From Flavobacteriales bacterium (lineage in GTDB: Bacteria > Bacteroidota > Bacteroidia > Flavobacteriales > UBA7312): DNA of 64,000 bases. The position numbers were made by a program, and so were the translations under genes. This document shows, piece after piece, positions 30,445 to 41,500 of the stretch. The notes beneath the pieces are model-generated. The model was given only the letters and a program-made list of their open reading frames with translations, ran no database searches and was not told where the DNA came from. How positions within the stretch are numbered: position 1 is the stretch's first letter; each line of letters opens with the position of its first letter. Where the stretch lies: positions 6,243 through 70,242 of the forward strand of contig CBFIDX010000003.1 of NCBI GenBank assembly GCA_965661505.1, written 5' to 3'.

Positions 30445-30782
30445 AATCTATTTCCTTCTTTATCAAATGTTTTTTTAAGTGCTTTTTCTGTTAGGTAAAT
30501 GCTATAAAATAACGTCAAAATAAGTACAATGACTCCTATTAGCAAGGCAGACTCCTCATCTAACACCAGAATTGCGAAAAGTTGTGTTATACACGTGATT
30601 AAGGCGCTTTTCCACATCAAAACGGTGCTGTATTTATTAGCAAAATCCCAACAGTCTTGATTTAGCATAGATCTAGTCGTACGATATCCATAAAGATGAT
30701 TGATTTTTTTAGGAGGATACCTAGCAATAATAAGAGTGATCACTAAAATAAGCGGGCCAATGAATAGATGCGCAATAATCAT
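30441..30782 (-). CDS. SdpI/YhfL-like small membrane protein
   Basis: Three to four TM helices with the P.K.N..YGYRT..SM.N...W..A motif. Confidence 0.6.
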   Translation of the reverse strand: MIIAHLFIGPLILVITLIIARYPPKKINHLYGYRTTRSMLNQDCWDFANKYSTVLMWKSALITCITQLFAILVLDEESALLIGVIVLILTLFYSIYLTEKALKKTFDKEGNRL

Positions 30783-30789
30783 TAGTCCT

Positions 30790-31560
30790 TTAATTGTTAA
30801 AGTTTCGGAGTTTAATTTCTGTTAAAACTTTTTTAGTGTATAGCGGAAAATCAGCCTGTTGTATCCATGAAAAATATCCTGGGTTTTCTTTTAGTACGTC
30901 TAGCACAACTCTTCCTTTGTATTTTCCAAAAGAAAAACATTCTTGCTCTTTATTGTTATAGACAATAAACCCAGCCATATCAGCAGAAGGGTTTCCTCTT
31001 ATTGAAAAGTCAGCCAAGAAGTCGATATTATTTTCTAGCTCTTCGTATTTATCAAGCTGTGCTGTTAAAATTTCATAGGTGGCTAAGGTGTCTGCTTCTG
31101 CAGAATGTGCATTTTCTAAATCTTTTTTGCAATAAAATTTATATGCAGCAGAAAGGGTTCGTTGTTCCATTTTATGAAAAATGTTTTGTACATCAACAGC
31201 TCTGTGCCTTTTCATGTCAAAGTCAACTTCGGCTCTTAAAAATTCTTCAGCCAACAAAGGAATGTCAAATCGGTTAGAATTGTAACCCCCCAAGTCACAT
31301 CCTTCCATCATTTTTTTAATTTCATGTGCTAATTCTTTAAAGGTTGGTTCATTAGCTACTTTCTCATCGGTTATTCCGTGTATTTCTGAAGTTTCTGCTG
31401 GAATAGGAATGCCAGGATTGACTAACCATGTTTTACCTTCTTTATTCCCATTAGGATATACTTTGAAAACAGATATTTCTACGATTCTGTCTTTTGCTAC
31501 TTGCACACCTGTTGTCTCTAAGTCGAAAAAGACAATGGGTTTCGTTAAGTTTAATTCCAT
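30790..31560 (-). CDS. DEDDh 3'-5' exonuclease (DnaQ/epsilon-like) with extra C-terminal domain
   Basis: Exo I FFDLETTG, Exo II GYNSNRFD and Exo III HSAEADT. Confidence 0.88.
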   Translation of the reverse strand: MELNLTKPIVFFDLETTGVQVAKDRIVEISVFKVYPNGNKEGKTWLVNPGIPIPAETSEIHGITDEKVANEPTFKELAHEIKKMMEGCDLGGYNSNRFDIPLLAEEFLRAEVDFDMKRHRAVDVQNIFHKMEQRTLSAAYKFYCKKDLENAHSAEADTLATYEILTAQLDKYEELENNIDFLADFSIRGNPSADMAGFIVYNNKEQECFSFGKYKGRVVLDVLKENPGYFSWIQQADFPLYTKKVLTEIKLRNFNN

Positions 31561-31571
31561 TAGTAAAGTTA

Positions 31572-31598
31572 ATAAAAAAGCCCTCTGGAAAGGGCTTT
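31572..31598 (-). terminator. intrinsic terminator after the E2 acyltransferase gene
   Basis: On the minus strand: stem AAAGCCCT / AGGGCTTT with a 6-nt loop, followed by a T-run (plus-strand A-run 31574..31579). Confidence 0.7.
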
Positions 31599-31601
31599 AG
31601 G

Positions 31602-32912
31602 TTATAGTTGAGTATTTGGGTCAAATTGTTCTAAATAGTCTGCTACTTTTCTTAAGAAACTACCGCCCAATGCGCCATCTACAACACGGTGATCATAAGA
31701 TAAAGAAAGAAACATCATTTGTCGAATACCAATCATATCACCTTGTGGTGTTTCTATCACTGCTGGCTTCTTTTTAATGGCGCCAACAGCTAAAATAGCT
31801 ACTTGTGGTTGGTTAATAATAGGAGTACCCATTACGTTGCCAAAAGAGCCAACATTGGTCAATGTAAATGTTCCACCTTGAATTTCATCTGGTTTTAGCT
31901 GATTAGCTCTTGCTCTAGAAGCTAAGTCATTTACTGTTTTGGTAATACCCATGAGGTTCATTTGGTCGGCACCTTTTACTACTGGAACAATTAAGTTTCC
32001 AGAAGGCAATGCTGCTGCCATGCCAATATTTACATCTTTATGCACAATGATATTCGTTCCATCAACAGAAACATTTATCATTGGAAAATCTTTTATTGCC
32101 TTTGCGACAGCCTCAATAAAAATAGGAGTGAAGGTGATGTTTTGCCCCTCTCTCTTTTTAAACTCTTCCTTTACGCTATTTCTCCATTTAACTAAGCTAG
32201 TAACATCAGCCTCAACAAATGAAGTAACATGTGGTGAAGTTTGCTTACTCATTACCATATGATCAGCTATGAGCTTACGCATGCGGTCCATCTCAATCAC
32301 TTCTTGATTACCGCTAACAGATAATGAAGGGGTTGATGTTGGTTTAGCTGTCGGGGTTTCTTTCTTCACTTCTTTAGTGTCTTTTGTTGAGACCGAGGTA
32401 TCTTTTTTATTGACAATAAAAGCTAAGATATCAGATTTTGTCACTCTCCCTTCATTACCAGTGCCTGGAATACGTTCTAATTCATCCAAGGAAATCCCCT
32501 CTTCGCTAGCGATGGAACGAACTAAAGGAGAGTAAAAACGACTTCCTTCATTTAGAGTTTGAACACTTTCTTGGATTTGAGCAACTTGTTCTTCAACTTG
32601 TACTGCAGCAACTTCTGGACTTGGAGCGACTATTGTTTTTTCAATTTGTGATGTAGTTATTTCTGCTTCACCATCTGTTTCTACGATAGCAAAAACTTCA
32701 CCTACTTTTACAACCTCATCCGCTTCAAACAATTTTTTTACTAATGTACCTTCCACACTTGAAGGGACTTCGGAATCCACCTTGTCAGTAGCAATTTCAA
32801 CTACCGTTTCATCCATTTCAATGGTATCGCCAACTTCCTTTTGCCAGCTAATGATGGTTGCTTCAGCAACACTTTCGCCCATCTTGGGCATGATCAATTC
32901 TACTTGTGCCAT
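31602..32912 (-). CDS. 2-oxo acid dehydrogenase E2 component (dihydrolipoamide acyltransferase)
   Basis: Lipoyl domain (VEIATDKV), E3-binding domain (SPLVRSIA...G.GR.TK.D) and catalytic SLSYDHRVVDG. Confidence 0.92.
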   Translation of the reverse strand: MAQVELIMPKMGESVAEATIISWQKEVGDTIEMDETVVEIATDKVDSEVPSSVEGTLVKKLFEADEVVKVGEVFAIVETDGEAEITTSQIEKTIVAPSPEVAAVQVEEQVAQIQESVQTLNEGSRFYSPLVRSIASEEGISLDELERIPGTGNEGRVTKSDILAFIVNKKDTSVSTKDTKEVKKETPTAKPTSTPSLSVSGNQEVIEMDRMRKLIADHMVMSKQTSPHVTSFVEADVTSLVKWRNSVKEEFKKREGQNITFTPIFIEAVAKAIKDFPMINVSVDGTNIIVHKDVNIGMAAALPSGNLIVPVVKGADQMNLMGITKTVNDLASRARANQLKPDEIQGGTFTLTNVGSFGNVMGTPIINQPQVAILAVGAIKKKPAVIETPQGDMIGIRQMMFLSLSYDHRVVDGALGGSFLRKVADYLEQFDPNTQL

Positions 32913-32961
32913 CTAAAAGAGTGATTTAGAAATGTTGGGCAAAATTAAGAAATTATTCGGC

Positions 32962-33831
32962 TTATTGGATTTCTTTACCGAGTAATGAGCGTCTTATTAA
33001 AAGCTTGATGCTGTGTAAAATAATAAGCATTTGTATTCCGATGGTATAAATGGGGTAGTAGAAAGCAAAATGTTTTTTCACAAAAATACGCATGGCTCCA
33101 TAGAAGTTTTTAATATATCTAAAGCTTAGCTCGTTAGTACTTTCTCCCTTGTAATGCAATATTTTAACCCTTCCTAAATACCAATTTTCAAAACCTCTTT
33201 TTTGTATGCGATAAGAAAGATCAATGTCTTCTCCATACATGAAAAATGATTCGTCAAGCAATCCTACTTTTTCCAAAGCCTCTTTTCGCATCCACATAAA
33301 AGCACCAGCAAGTACATCAACAATATGATTCTCATCTTTATCTAAATACCCTAGGTGATAACGATTGAAAAACTCGGAGTGTGGAAAGAGTTTGTTTAGC
33401 CCACTCATTTTACAAAACGCAACCCAAGGTGTTGGCAATCCTCTTTTAGATTCTGCTAAGAAGTGCCCTCTATCATTGTGCATATAAACACCTAATGCTC
33501 CACATGTTGGCCTGTTTTTTATAAATGATAAACATTTTTTAAAAGTGTCTTTTTGAACTAATGTGTCAGGGTTTAACAATAAAATGTGTTTTCCTTTCGC
33601 TTTTCTTATAGCTTGGTTATTTGCTTTTGAAAAGCCAGGATTATTATTGTTAGTAATGAGCTTTATTGTTGGGAAATTGTTTTGAAGCATTTCTACAGAG
33701 CCATCTTTAGAGTTATTATCTACCACCCATATTTCTGAATCAATTCCTTGGCTAGCAGAAATTACAGAGTGTAAACATTCTTTGAGAAGCTGTTTTACAT
33801 TATAATTAACGATAATAATGGATAATAACAT
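32962..33831 (-). CDS. family 2 glycosyltransferase
   Basis: LSIIIVNYN, VVDNNS.DGS and GEDIDLS(YR) motifs. Confidence 0.88.
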   Translation of the reverse strand: MLLSIIIVNYNVKQLLKECLHSVISASQGIDSEIWVVDNNSKDGSVEMLQNNFPTIKLITNNNNPGFSKANNQAIRKAKGKHILLLNPDTLVQKDTFKKCLSFIKNRPTCGALGVYMHNDRGHFLAESKRGLPTPWVAFCKMSGLNKLFPHSEFFNRYHLGYLDKDENHIVDVLAGAFMWMRKEALEKVGLLDESFFMYGEDIDLSYRIQKRGFENWYLGRVKILHYKGESTNELSFRYIKNFYGAMRIFVKKHFAFYYPIYTIGIQMLIILHSIKLLIRRSLLGKEIQ

Positions 33832-33915
33832 GAGCGCAAAGATAAAACTAGTTTTTTGTTAAAAGGTCTGTCAATAACTCTATCATTAACAAGACCAACA
33901 AGGAGCTGAATATTT

Positions 33916-33923
33916 TAAATTTG
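33916..33923 (+). promoter_or_regulatory. candidate -7 promoter box (TAAATTTG) for recR
   Basis: Exact TAnnTTTG just upstream of the ATG at 33929, implying a near-leaderless mRNA. Confidence 0.35.
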
Positions 33924-33928
33924 TGCAT

Positions 33929-34546
33929 ATGAATTTTCCATCAAAATTGATTGAAGAAGCAGTAGAGCAATTTGCCAAACTGCCTGGTGTAGGACGGAAG
34001 ACAGCTTTGCGCTTAGCACTAAATTTGCTTCAAATGGATAAAGAAGAAGTAAATCGTTTCGGAGAAGCTTTTATCAATTTAAGAAATCACATTAATTATT
34101 GTTCAGAATGTCATAATATATCTGATTTAGATGTGTGTGAAATTTGTTCAAATCCTTCAAGAAATGAAAGTTTATTGTGTGTGGTTGAGGATATTAGGGA
34201 TGTTATGGCCATAGAGAATACTCATCAGTTTAAAGGAAAGTACCATGTTTTAGGTGGTATCATTTCTCCTATGGATGGTATAGGTCCATCAGATTTAAAT
34301 ATCGAATCATTGATTCATAAAGTAGAGAAAGGATCAGTAAAAGAAGTGATTATGGCACTCAGTACTACCATGGAAGGAGACACTACTAACTTTTATATTT
34401 TTAAAAAACTCAAAGGATCAGAGGTAAAACTTAGTGTAATCGCTAGAGGTATATCAGTAGGTGATGAGCTAGAGTTTGCAGATGAAATTACCCTTGGTCG
34501 TTCTATATTAAACAGAACTCCATACGAGAGTTCTTTAGCTCAATAA
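33929..34546 (+). CDS. recR: recombination protein RecR
   Basis: LPGVG.KTA.R HhH motif, C4 zinc finger (C..C....D...C.IC) and Toprim domain. The ATG at 33929 is preferred to the GTG at 33923. Confidence 0.95.
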   Translation: MNFPSKLIEEAVEQFAKLPGVGRKTALRLALNLLQMDKEEVNRFGEAFINLRNHINYCSECHNISDLDVCEICSNPSRNESLLCVVEDIRDVMAIENTHQFKGKYHVLGGIISPMDGIGPSDLNIESLIHKVEKGSVKEVIMALSTTMEGDTTNFYIFKKLKGSEVKLSVIARGISVGDELEFADEITLGRSILNRTPYESSLAQ

Positions 34547-34551
34547 ACAAC

Positions 34552-35961
34552 ATGTCGCCAGCCTTTATCTTAAGCATTATTGTAGCCTATTTTTTAGTGC
34601 TAGTTGTCATTTCCTACCTCACTGGTAAAAGTGATAGTAACGAAGCTTTCTTTTTAGGAAATAAGCAATCACCATGGTATGTAGTTGCTTTTGGTATGAT
34701 TGGAGCTACTTTATCTGGAGTAACCTTTATTTCTGTACCCGGTTGGGTGGCTGACAGCCAGTTTAGTTATTTACAGATGGTACTAGGTATGACTGCCGGT
34801 TATATTGTAATAGCTAATGTATTAATGCCCCTTTATTATAGACTTAACTTAACCTCCATATATAGTTACCTAGAAAAACGCTTTGGAGTAGTTTCTTATC
34901 GAACTGGTTCTTTCTTTTTTTTATTGTCTAGAACCATAGGAGCATCCTTTAGATTATATCTTGTAGCGAATGTTTTACAACTGGCTATTTTTGATGCTTG
35001 GAACGTGCCTTTTTGGCTGACGGTTTCATTGACAATTTTATTAATCTGGCTCTATACTTTTAGAAGTGGTATCAAAACAATTATTTGGACGGATACTTTA
35101 CAAACGCTCTTTATGCTCTTAGCTGTTGGGGTTAGTATCTGGCTTATTTCTGATCAAATGCAATTAGGTATTGGAGATTTAATAAGCACCATACAATCAT
35201 CTGAATACTCACAGATGTTCTTTTGGGAAGGGAAACAAAATTTCTTTAAGCAGTTTTTTTCTGGTATGTTCATTGCCATAGTAATGACAGGGCTTGATCA
35301 GGACATGATGCAAAAGAACTTAAGTTGCCCCAACATTGCGGATGCTAAAAAGAATATGTATTGGTTTTCTGCTGCCTTGATAGTGGTAAACATTTTCTTT
35401 TTATGTCTGGGAGCAATGTTATATATTTTCGCCGAAAAACAAGGATTAACTATTGCAAAAGGGGATGATTTATTTCCAATTGTGGCATTGAAAGGACAGC
35501 TTGGATTGGGCGTAGGTGTGTTTTTTATTTTAGGTCTAATAGCCGCAGCTTATTCTAGCGCAGATTCGGCTTTAACTTCATTAACAACAGCTTTTTGTGT
35601 TGATTTCCTGAAGGTAGAAGATAGACCCAGTAAAAAACAGGTAAAGCAACGAAAATGGGTTCACGTAGCCTTTTCCTTATTACTTGTTTTGGCTATTTTA
35701 ATATTTAAAGCTATAAATGATGAAAGCGTTATTGCTGCATTATTTAAGGTTGCTGGATATACGTATGGTCCTTTGCTAGGACTTTACTCATTTGGATTAT
35801 TTACAAAATGGAACATTAATGATAGGTGGGTTCCATTAGTTGCAATTGCATCTCCAATAATTTGTTACATCCTACAGCTATATATTCCTTTTGGATTTGA
35901 GCTATTAATTGTAAATGGAGCAATTACTTTTACAGGCTTATTCTTTTTGAGAAAGAGCTGA
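34552..35961 (+). CDS. sodium:solute symporter (SSS) family transporter
   Basis: About 13 TM helices with SSS-type N-terminal organisation (FFLGNK..PWYVVAFGM..A.LSGVTFISVPG). Confidence 0.85.
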   Translation: MSPAFILSIIVAYFLVLVVISYLTGKSDSNEAFFLGNKQSPWYVVAFGMIGATLSGVTFISVPGWVADSQFSYLQMVLGMTAGYIVIANVLMPLYYRLNLTSIYSYLEKRFGVVSYRTGSFFFLLSRTIGASFRLYLVANVLQLAIFDAWNVPFWLTVSLTILLIWLYTFRSGIKTIIWTDTLQTLFMLLAVGVSIWLISDQMQLGIGDLISTIQSSEYSQMFFWEGKQNFFKQFFSGMFIAIVMTGLDQDMMQKNLSCPNIADAKKNMYWFSAALIVVNIFFLCLGAMLYIFAEKQGLTIAKGDDLFPIVALKGQLGLGVGVFFILGLIAAAYSSADSALTSLTTAFCVDFLKVEDRPSKKQVKQRKWVHVAFSLLLVLAILIFKAINDESVIAALFKVAGYTYGPLLGLYSFGLFTKWNINDRWVPLVAIASPIICYILQLYIPFGFELLIVNGAITFTGLFFLRKS

Positions 35962-37098
35962 TTTTCTTCTGAGGTAAAAAACAATAGACAGGCCCAAAAT
36001 AATTAAGCAAGAAGAAATAATTTCTGCTTGTGTAATTTCATTACCAAATAGGGTATAAGTAGTGTTTATTCGAATCTTTTCTATAGAGAATCGCTCCAGT
36101 CCATTTAGGATAAGATAGATCCCAAATAACATTCCAGGGATTTTTATTCGTTTACGAATGCTCCATAGAAAGGCAAATAAAGCTAAGCCCATAATAACCT
36201 CATAAAAAGCTGTTGGAAAAACAGGATAAGGCAAACGATGACAAAAATTCCCTACACATCCTTCAATAGGAATTCCAGCATTTATAACATTATTGGGGTA
36301 GTCATAAGCCCACATCCAGTCAGGTAAGGAGCTCATCCAACTGGGTTTAGGAGCTAGGTTATTTATTCCCCAATCACCATCACCAGAAAAATGACATCCC
36401 ATACGCCCTACTCCGTAGGCTAACATAAGTCCAGGAGCAGCAGCATCTGCAATGTGTGTGTAGTGAATGTTGTGTTTTTTTGCATACCAAATAACTGCTA
36501 TCGCTCCACATATAAATCCACCGTAAAAAGTTAAACCACTAAACGATAACAATTGACCTAATGGATCTGCTAAAAAGGCATCCATATTTTCTAGATTATG
36601 AAATATCTTAGCACCAATTAAACCAGAAATGGCGGCCATCATTATGATATTTCCAACGAGTTGATAAGGATGTATTTTTTCTTGAATTGTTTTTGGGTTG
36701 GGTAAGGATTGCTTTGCATACTCTTGGTATTTACTATACCCTGAAAGGATGGCTCCTGCAAAACCGCCCAAAAGACTTCCTCTTAAAGAAAGAATAAATT
36801 CTTGTGGATTATTTACAAATTCATGGTAATGAAAGACTGCCTCTAATATTTTAAAACCAATTAAAAAACCAATAATTGAAGCAGAGATTAACTGCCAATT
36901 GGATGCTTTTAAACCAATGACTTTGTTTTTTATGAAAACATCTAAAATCCCTTGATTTTCTTTTCTTTTTAACTCTAATGAAATTGTCCAGCTTGCTAGT
37001 AAAAATGCGATGGCAACAAAAAAACCAAAGGTTTGGATGGGTAGGGGTATAAAAACTCCAAATAAATCTTCTATTAAATAGCTGATGGTTGGGTACAT
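35938..37098 (-). CDS. lgt: prolipoprotein diacylglyceryl transferase
   Basis: Long Bacteroidota-type Lgt with GGF.GA, GR.GC...GD and the HP..LYE-like FPTAFYE motif. Confidence 0.85.
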   Translation of the reverse strand: MYPTISYLIEDLFGVFIPLPIQTFGFFVAIAFLLASWTISLELKRKENQGILDVFIKNKVIGLKASNWQLISASIIGFLIGFKILEAVFHYHEFVNNPQEFILSLRGSLLGGFAGAILSGYSKYQEYAKQSLPNPKTIQEKIHPYQLVGNIIMMAAISGLIGAKIFHNLENMDAFLADPLGQLLSFSGLTFYGGFICGAIAVIWYAKKHNIHYTHIADAAAPGLMLAYGVGRMGCHFSGDGDWGINNLAPKPSWMSSLPDWMWAYDYPNNVINAGIPIEGCVGNFCHRLPYPVFPTAFYEVIMGLALFAFLWSIRKRIKIPGMLFGIYLILNGLERFSIEKIRINTTYTLFGNEITQAEIISSCLIILGLSIVFYLRRKSALSQKE

Positions 37099-37101
37099 AA
37101 G

Positions 37102-38418
37102 TTATATTTCTTTAAATATGAATATTCCGTCACTATCGATTTCATTTAAATGACAGTTTACTAATTGATTACACCATTCTTTTTTAAAAGGGGTTTTAAC
37201 TCGAATATAGTTTTCGGTAAAACCATACATGAAACCATTTTTATTTTCATCTTCAAACAAAACCTTTCTAGTGGTTCCTTTTTGTTGTTCGTAAAAATAC
37301 CTGCGTTTTTTTGTAGAAAGAACACGCAGCATTTTACTTCTTTTATTTCGGATAGCTTTAGGAACGCTGTTTTCTAACTCTACTGCAACTGTATTGGCTC
37401 TTTCAGAATATGAAAAGACGTGTAAGTAGGATACATCGAGCTCATTTAAAAAATGATATGTTTTGAGGAATTCTTCTTCTGTTTCACCAGGAAACCCAAC
37501 AATTACATCTGCACCTATACAACAATGTGGCATGACTTTTTTGATCCGGTTTACTCTGTCAATGTATAAATCGGTAAGATACCTTCTCTTCATACTTTTG
37601 AGTATGGTATCTGAACCCGATTGCAGTGGAATATGAAAATGAGGTACAAATGAATTAGATCGAGCCACAAAATCGATGGTTTCGTTTTTCAGAAGATTTG
37701 GCTCGATAGAAGAAATTCGGATGCGTTTTACTCCTATAACTTCATCTAATTTTTTTACTAAATCTAAAAAAGTATGCTCATGTTTTTTATTTCTGAATTC
37801 TCCCTTGCCATAGTCTCCTATATTTACCCCTGTCAAAACAATTTCTTGAATTCCTTTTTTTGAGATTTCACTAGCATTTTTCAAAACGTTTTCCAGTGTA
37901 TCACTGCGACTGATTCCTCTTGCTAATGGTATTGTACAATAGGTACACTTATAATCGCAACCATCCTGTACCTTTAAAAAAGCACGTGTTCTATCTCCAA
38001 ACGAATAGGCATCAACAAAAAAATTGGCATCGCTTATCTCACAAGAGTATATCTCTGTTTTTTGCTTTTTGGTAAGGTCGGTTATGTAGTCAGTTAACTT
38101 AAATTTTTCACTCGCACCTAGTACCATATCAACCCCATCGATTTCAGAAATTTCTTCAGCTTGTAGTTGTGCATAACACCCGACCACAATAATGAAAGCA
38201 TCCGGTGAGGTGCTTAACGCTCTACGTACAATACGTTTGCATTCTCTATCTGCATTTTCTGTTACTGAGCATGTGTTGATAACATAAACGTCCGCTTCAT
38301 TTTCAAAACTTACTTTTTGATAGCCTTGATTTTCAAACTGCCTTGAAATGGTAGAGGTCTCAGAAAAATTTAACTTACAACCTTGAGTAAAAAAAGCCAC
38401 TTTAGCTTGTTCTTGCAT
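37102..38418 (-). CDS. mtaB: tRNA (t6A37) methylthiotransferase MtaB
   Basis: UPF0004 N-domain (GCKLN..E), radical-SAM CDYKCTYC and a C-terminal TRAM domain. Confidence 0.9.
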   Translation of the reverse strand: MQEQAKVAFFTQGCKLNFSETSTISRQFENQGYQKVSFENEADVYVINTCSVTENADRECKRIVRRALSTSPDAFIIVVGCYAQLQAEEISEIDGVDMVLGASEKFKLTDYITDLTKKQKTEIYSCEISDANFFVDAYSFGDRTRAFLKVQDGCDYKCTYCTIPLARGISRSDTLENVLKNASEISKKGIQEIVLTGVNIGDYGKGEFRNKKHEHTFLDLVKKLDEVIGVKRIRISSIEPNLLKNETIDFVARSNSFVPHFHIPLQSGSDTILKSMKRRYLTDLYIDRVNRIKKVMPHCCIGADVIVGFPGETEEEFLKTYHFLNELDVSYLHVFSYSERANTVAVELENSVPKAIRNKRSKMLRVLSTKKRRYFYEQQKGTTRKVLFEDENKNGFMYGFTENYIRVKTPFKKEWCNQLVNCHLNEIDSDGIFIFKEI

Positions 38419-38532
38419 AAGACAAAATTACATTTTTCTCCCGTAAAAAAATTCTTTTGTAACCTTCTTACTTTAAGAATCGTAAACTAACACATACTTT
38501 CATTTTGAAAGTTTCCAAAAACCACTAATTAA

Positions 38533-41500
38533 ATGAAGAAGTTAAACAATCATTTCTCGAAGTTCTTGATGCTGATGATGGTGGTGTTCACAACAAGTGC
38601 TATGGGACAAATTTCTGCTAACTATTTCATTACTGGACCCTCCGTCGGATGTGGGAGCCTAACCGTAGAGTTTTTTGATGTCTCTACAGGTAACCCAAGT
38701 AGTTGGTATTGGGACTTCGGAAATGGTTTAACTTCTACAGATCAACACCCTGTCATGTTCTTTTCTCCTGGAGTATATGATATTGTCTTAAAAGTTGAAG
38801 ATAGCATTTCATTTGATATAATTTCGGTGCAAAATGCGATAAAGGTTTATGAATTGCCAAACGTAAACTTTACTGTCAACAGAAATTCTGGATGTCTTCC
38901 TTTAAATGTGGTTTTTGAAGATTTGTCTACTTCCTCCTCTCCAATTGTTTCGTGGTTTTGGGATTTTGGAGATGGAGGAAATGACAGTTCTTCAATATCA
39001 TCATACCAATATCAAAATGAGGGTGCTTTTGATGTATCCCTATTAGTTACCGATGCAAATCAATGTGCAAACTTGGCCAGTTTTTCAAATTTTATAAAGA
39101 CAGAAGAGAGGCCATTTATCGATTTCATTTCTACACCTGAGTTTTCATGTCAATCAAATCAACAGGTCGACTTTTTGAACACCACTTCAAATGTTACTAA
39201 TTACTTCTATAAGTGGGATTTTGGTGATGGTCAAACCAGTACACTTAACAATCCATCGCATATATATTCAAATCAGGGAATATATGATATAGCTTTAATA
39301 GCTAGCTCATCCATATGTATAGATACGCTACAAAAGACGAACCATGTAACTGTTGAAGGTTCTTTGGGAGTAGATTTTTCGACAAATGACTCCATTGTTT
39401 GTCTTGACGACTCTGTTTTTTTTCACAACGAATCTTCTCAATATGCGAGCGATTTTTATTGGGATTTTGGTGATGGTAATTCTTCAACCTTGTCAAACCC
39501 TGTTCACTTATATGCAAATCCTGGACAATACGATGTGTCGCTAAAAGTTAGTCTTCAAGGAAATTGTGTTCAACAATTAACAAAACAACATTTTGTTGAA
39601 GTAAATGAGAAACCAATAATCGAATTTTACGCAATTGATAGCGTAAGTTGCCAACTTCCATTCTTGCTTAAACTCAAGGATACTACACTTAATGCAACAT
39701 CCTGGTCTTGGAAACTTAATGACAGCGTAATTGGTTTTAACTCAATAGAACAAGTGTTTTTAACTTCAATTGGCATGTATGATGTGTCTGTTGAGGTTAT
39801 TGGTGCAAATGGTTGTGTAGGTAAAAAAAGTAAAGAAAATTACATAAAGATAGATCCGATTAACGCGTCTTTTGTTTCAAATTTACAGCAAGGATGTACG
39901 CCCTTAGAAGTTGGTTTTCAGGTAGATAATTTAGGATTAACACCAATGGCTTTTCACGTATGGGATTTTGGGGATGGAAACCAATCAACCACTTCAATGC
40001 CAATACATACTTATCAAATCGATGGAATCTTTGATGTATCTGTAAACCTTAAAAACGAAATTGGATGTATGTCCTCTGTTTTAATGACGGATTATATTAA
40101 GTCAACAGAACCACCTATTACCAATTTTATACTTAGCGATACCCTAATTTGTGGAAATGACAGTGTGTTTTTTACGGATTTATCCCAATCGGTTCAGCCA
40201 ATTACCTCATGGTATTGGGATTTTGATGATCAGCCTTTTTTAAATTCTTCATTACAAAATCCTGGACACTCTTTTACAGATACAGGTTACCATTCAGTAA
40301 GTTTAATTACAGAAGTAAATAGTTGTTACGATACACTTACAATGGATAGCATTGTATATGTTGATTCTCCTCTTGCCTTGTTTTATCAAACTCAAAATTG
40401 CCTTGATTATAATGAAATTAAATTTTTTAACGAGTCCGTAAACTTAGATAGTTGTGTGTGGGATTTTGGAGATGGAAGCTTTTCTAATTTAATTAATCCG
40501 ATACATAACTACGCGGCTTATGGTTTGTATTCTGTAACCTTAAGCGTATATAACCAAAATTCATTGTGTATTGGACAACTCACAAAAGACATAGTTGTTG
40601 AACCTCCTTACCCTGCACTAACAATTGATTCTCTTTATCATTCTGAGGGATGCCCACCACTAACGGTTTTGTTTCATGATGTTTCTCCATATAGTGATGA
40701 AAACCCTTCTAGCCCCTACAATGTGCTCGATTTAATCATTTTCGGTGATGGAAATGAATCACATTCTAATTACATAAATACGTATACAGAATCAGGCTAT
40801 TACGACGTAAAGCATGTGGTAGGAAATACTATGGGGTGTGTAGATACACTCACTTACGATAGTTTGATTCATATTTTTGAAGCCAATGCAAATTTTGAAT
40901 TAGGTGCCGTTTTAAATTGTAATCCATTTGAAATCGAAATGACGGACCTGAGTGTTTCTGACGATAGCATTGTTGATTGGTTATGGAAATCAGATGGACA
41001 AATTTCAAATCAACAAAATCCGAGTTTTATTTTTACGCAAGAAGGGTTTTATGATGTTTCCTTAAAAATTGAAACCAATGAAGGTTGTGTTGATACTCTT
41101 GTAGTTGGGGAGGGGGTAAATTATCAGCCAGTAGAAGCAAGCATTATTCATTCCAATCTTGCATGCCTTAAAGACACGGTCTTTTTTGAATCAGTTTCTG
41201 AAGGGATAGAGGTATCCTTAAACTGGAACTTTACTAATGACACTTCGAGTTTGGTATATGCTTTTTATAATACACTTGGCGTTAATAATGTGCAATTAGT
41301 TGCAACAGATGCTTATCAGTGTTCCGATACCGTAATATCTACAATTGAGATAACAAAGCCAGTAGCAGATTTTACTGTAGATAACCTCACCTCAAATTGC
41401 CCCCCACTTATTTGTAGTTTTACTGACCTTTCTTCACCATCGGTCTTAGCATGGCAATGGGCTTTTAGCGATTCCAGTAACTATTCGGTTCAAAATCCTT

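Noticed and set aside
30441-30782. SdpI-like membrane protein as a possible immunity gene of a killing system
   Set aside because: No SdpC-like toxin or SdpR regulator is nearby. It sits inside a housekeeping operon (exonuclease-SdpI-FAH).
31939-32262. Remaining 60-110-aa track ORFs that overlap larger genes
   Set aside because: Examples are 3051..3239, 3321..3545, 4587..4841, 12663..12908, 15611..15892, 16358..16603, 16639..16914, 31002..31277, 31939..32262, 46698..46907, 46916..47200, 48404..48604, 49200..49412 and 62573..62830. All are nested in or antisense to strongly supported CDS. None has a recognisable motif or independent signals, so I treat them as non-coding shadow frames.
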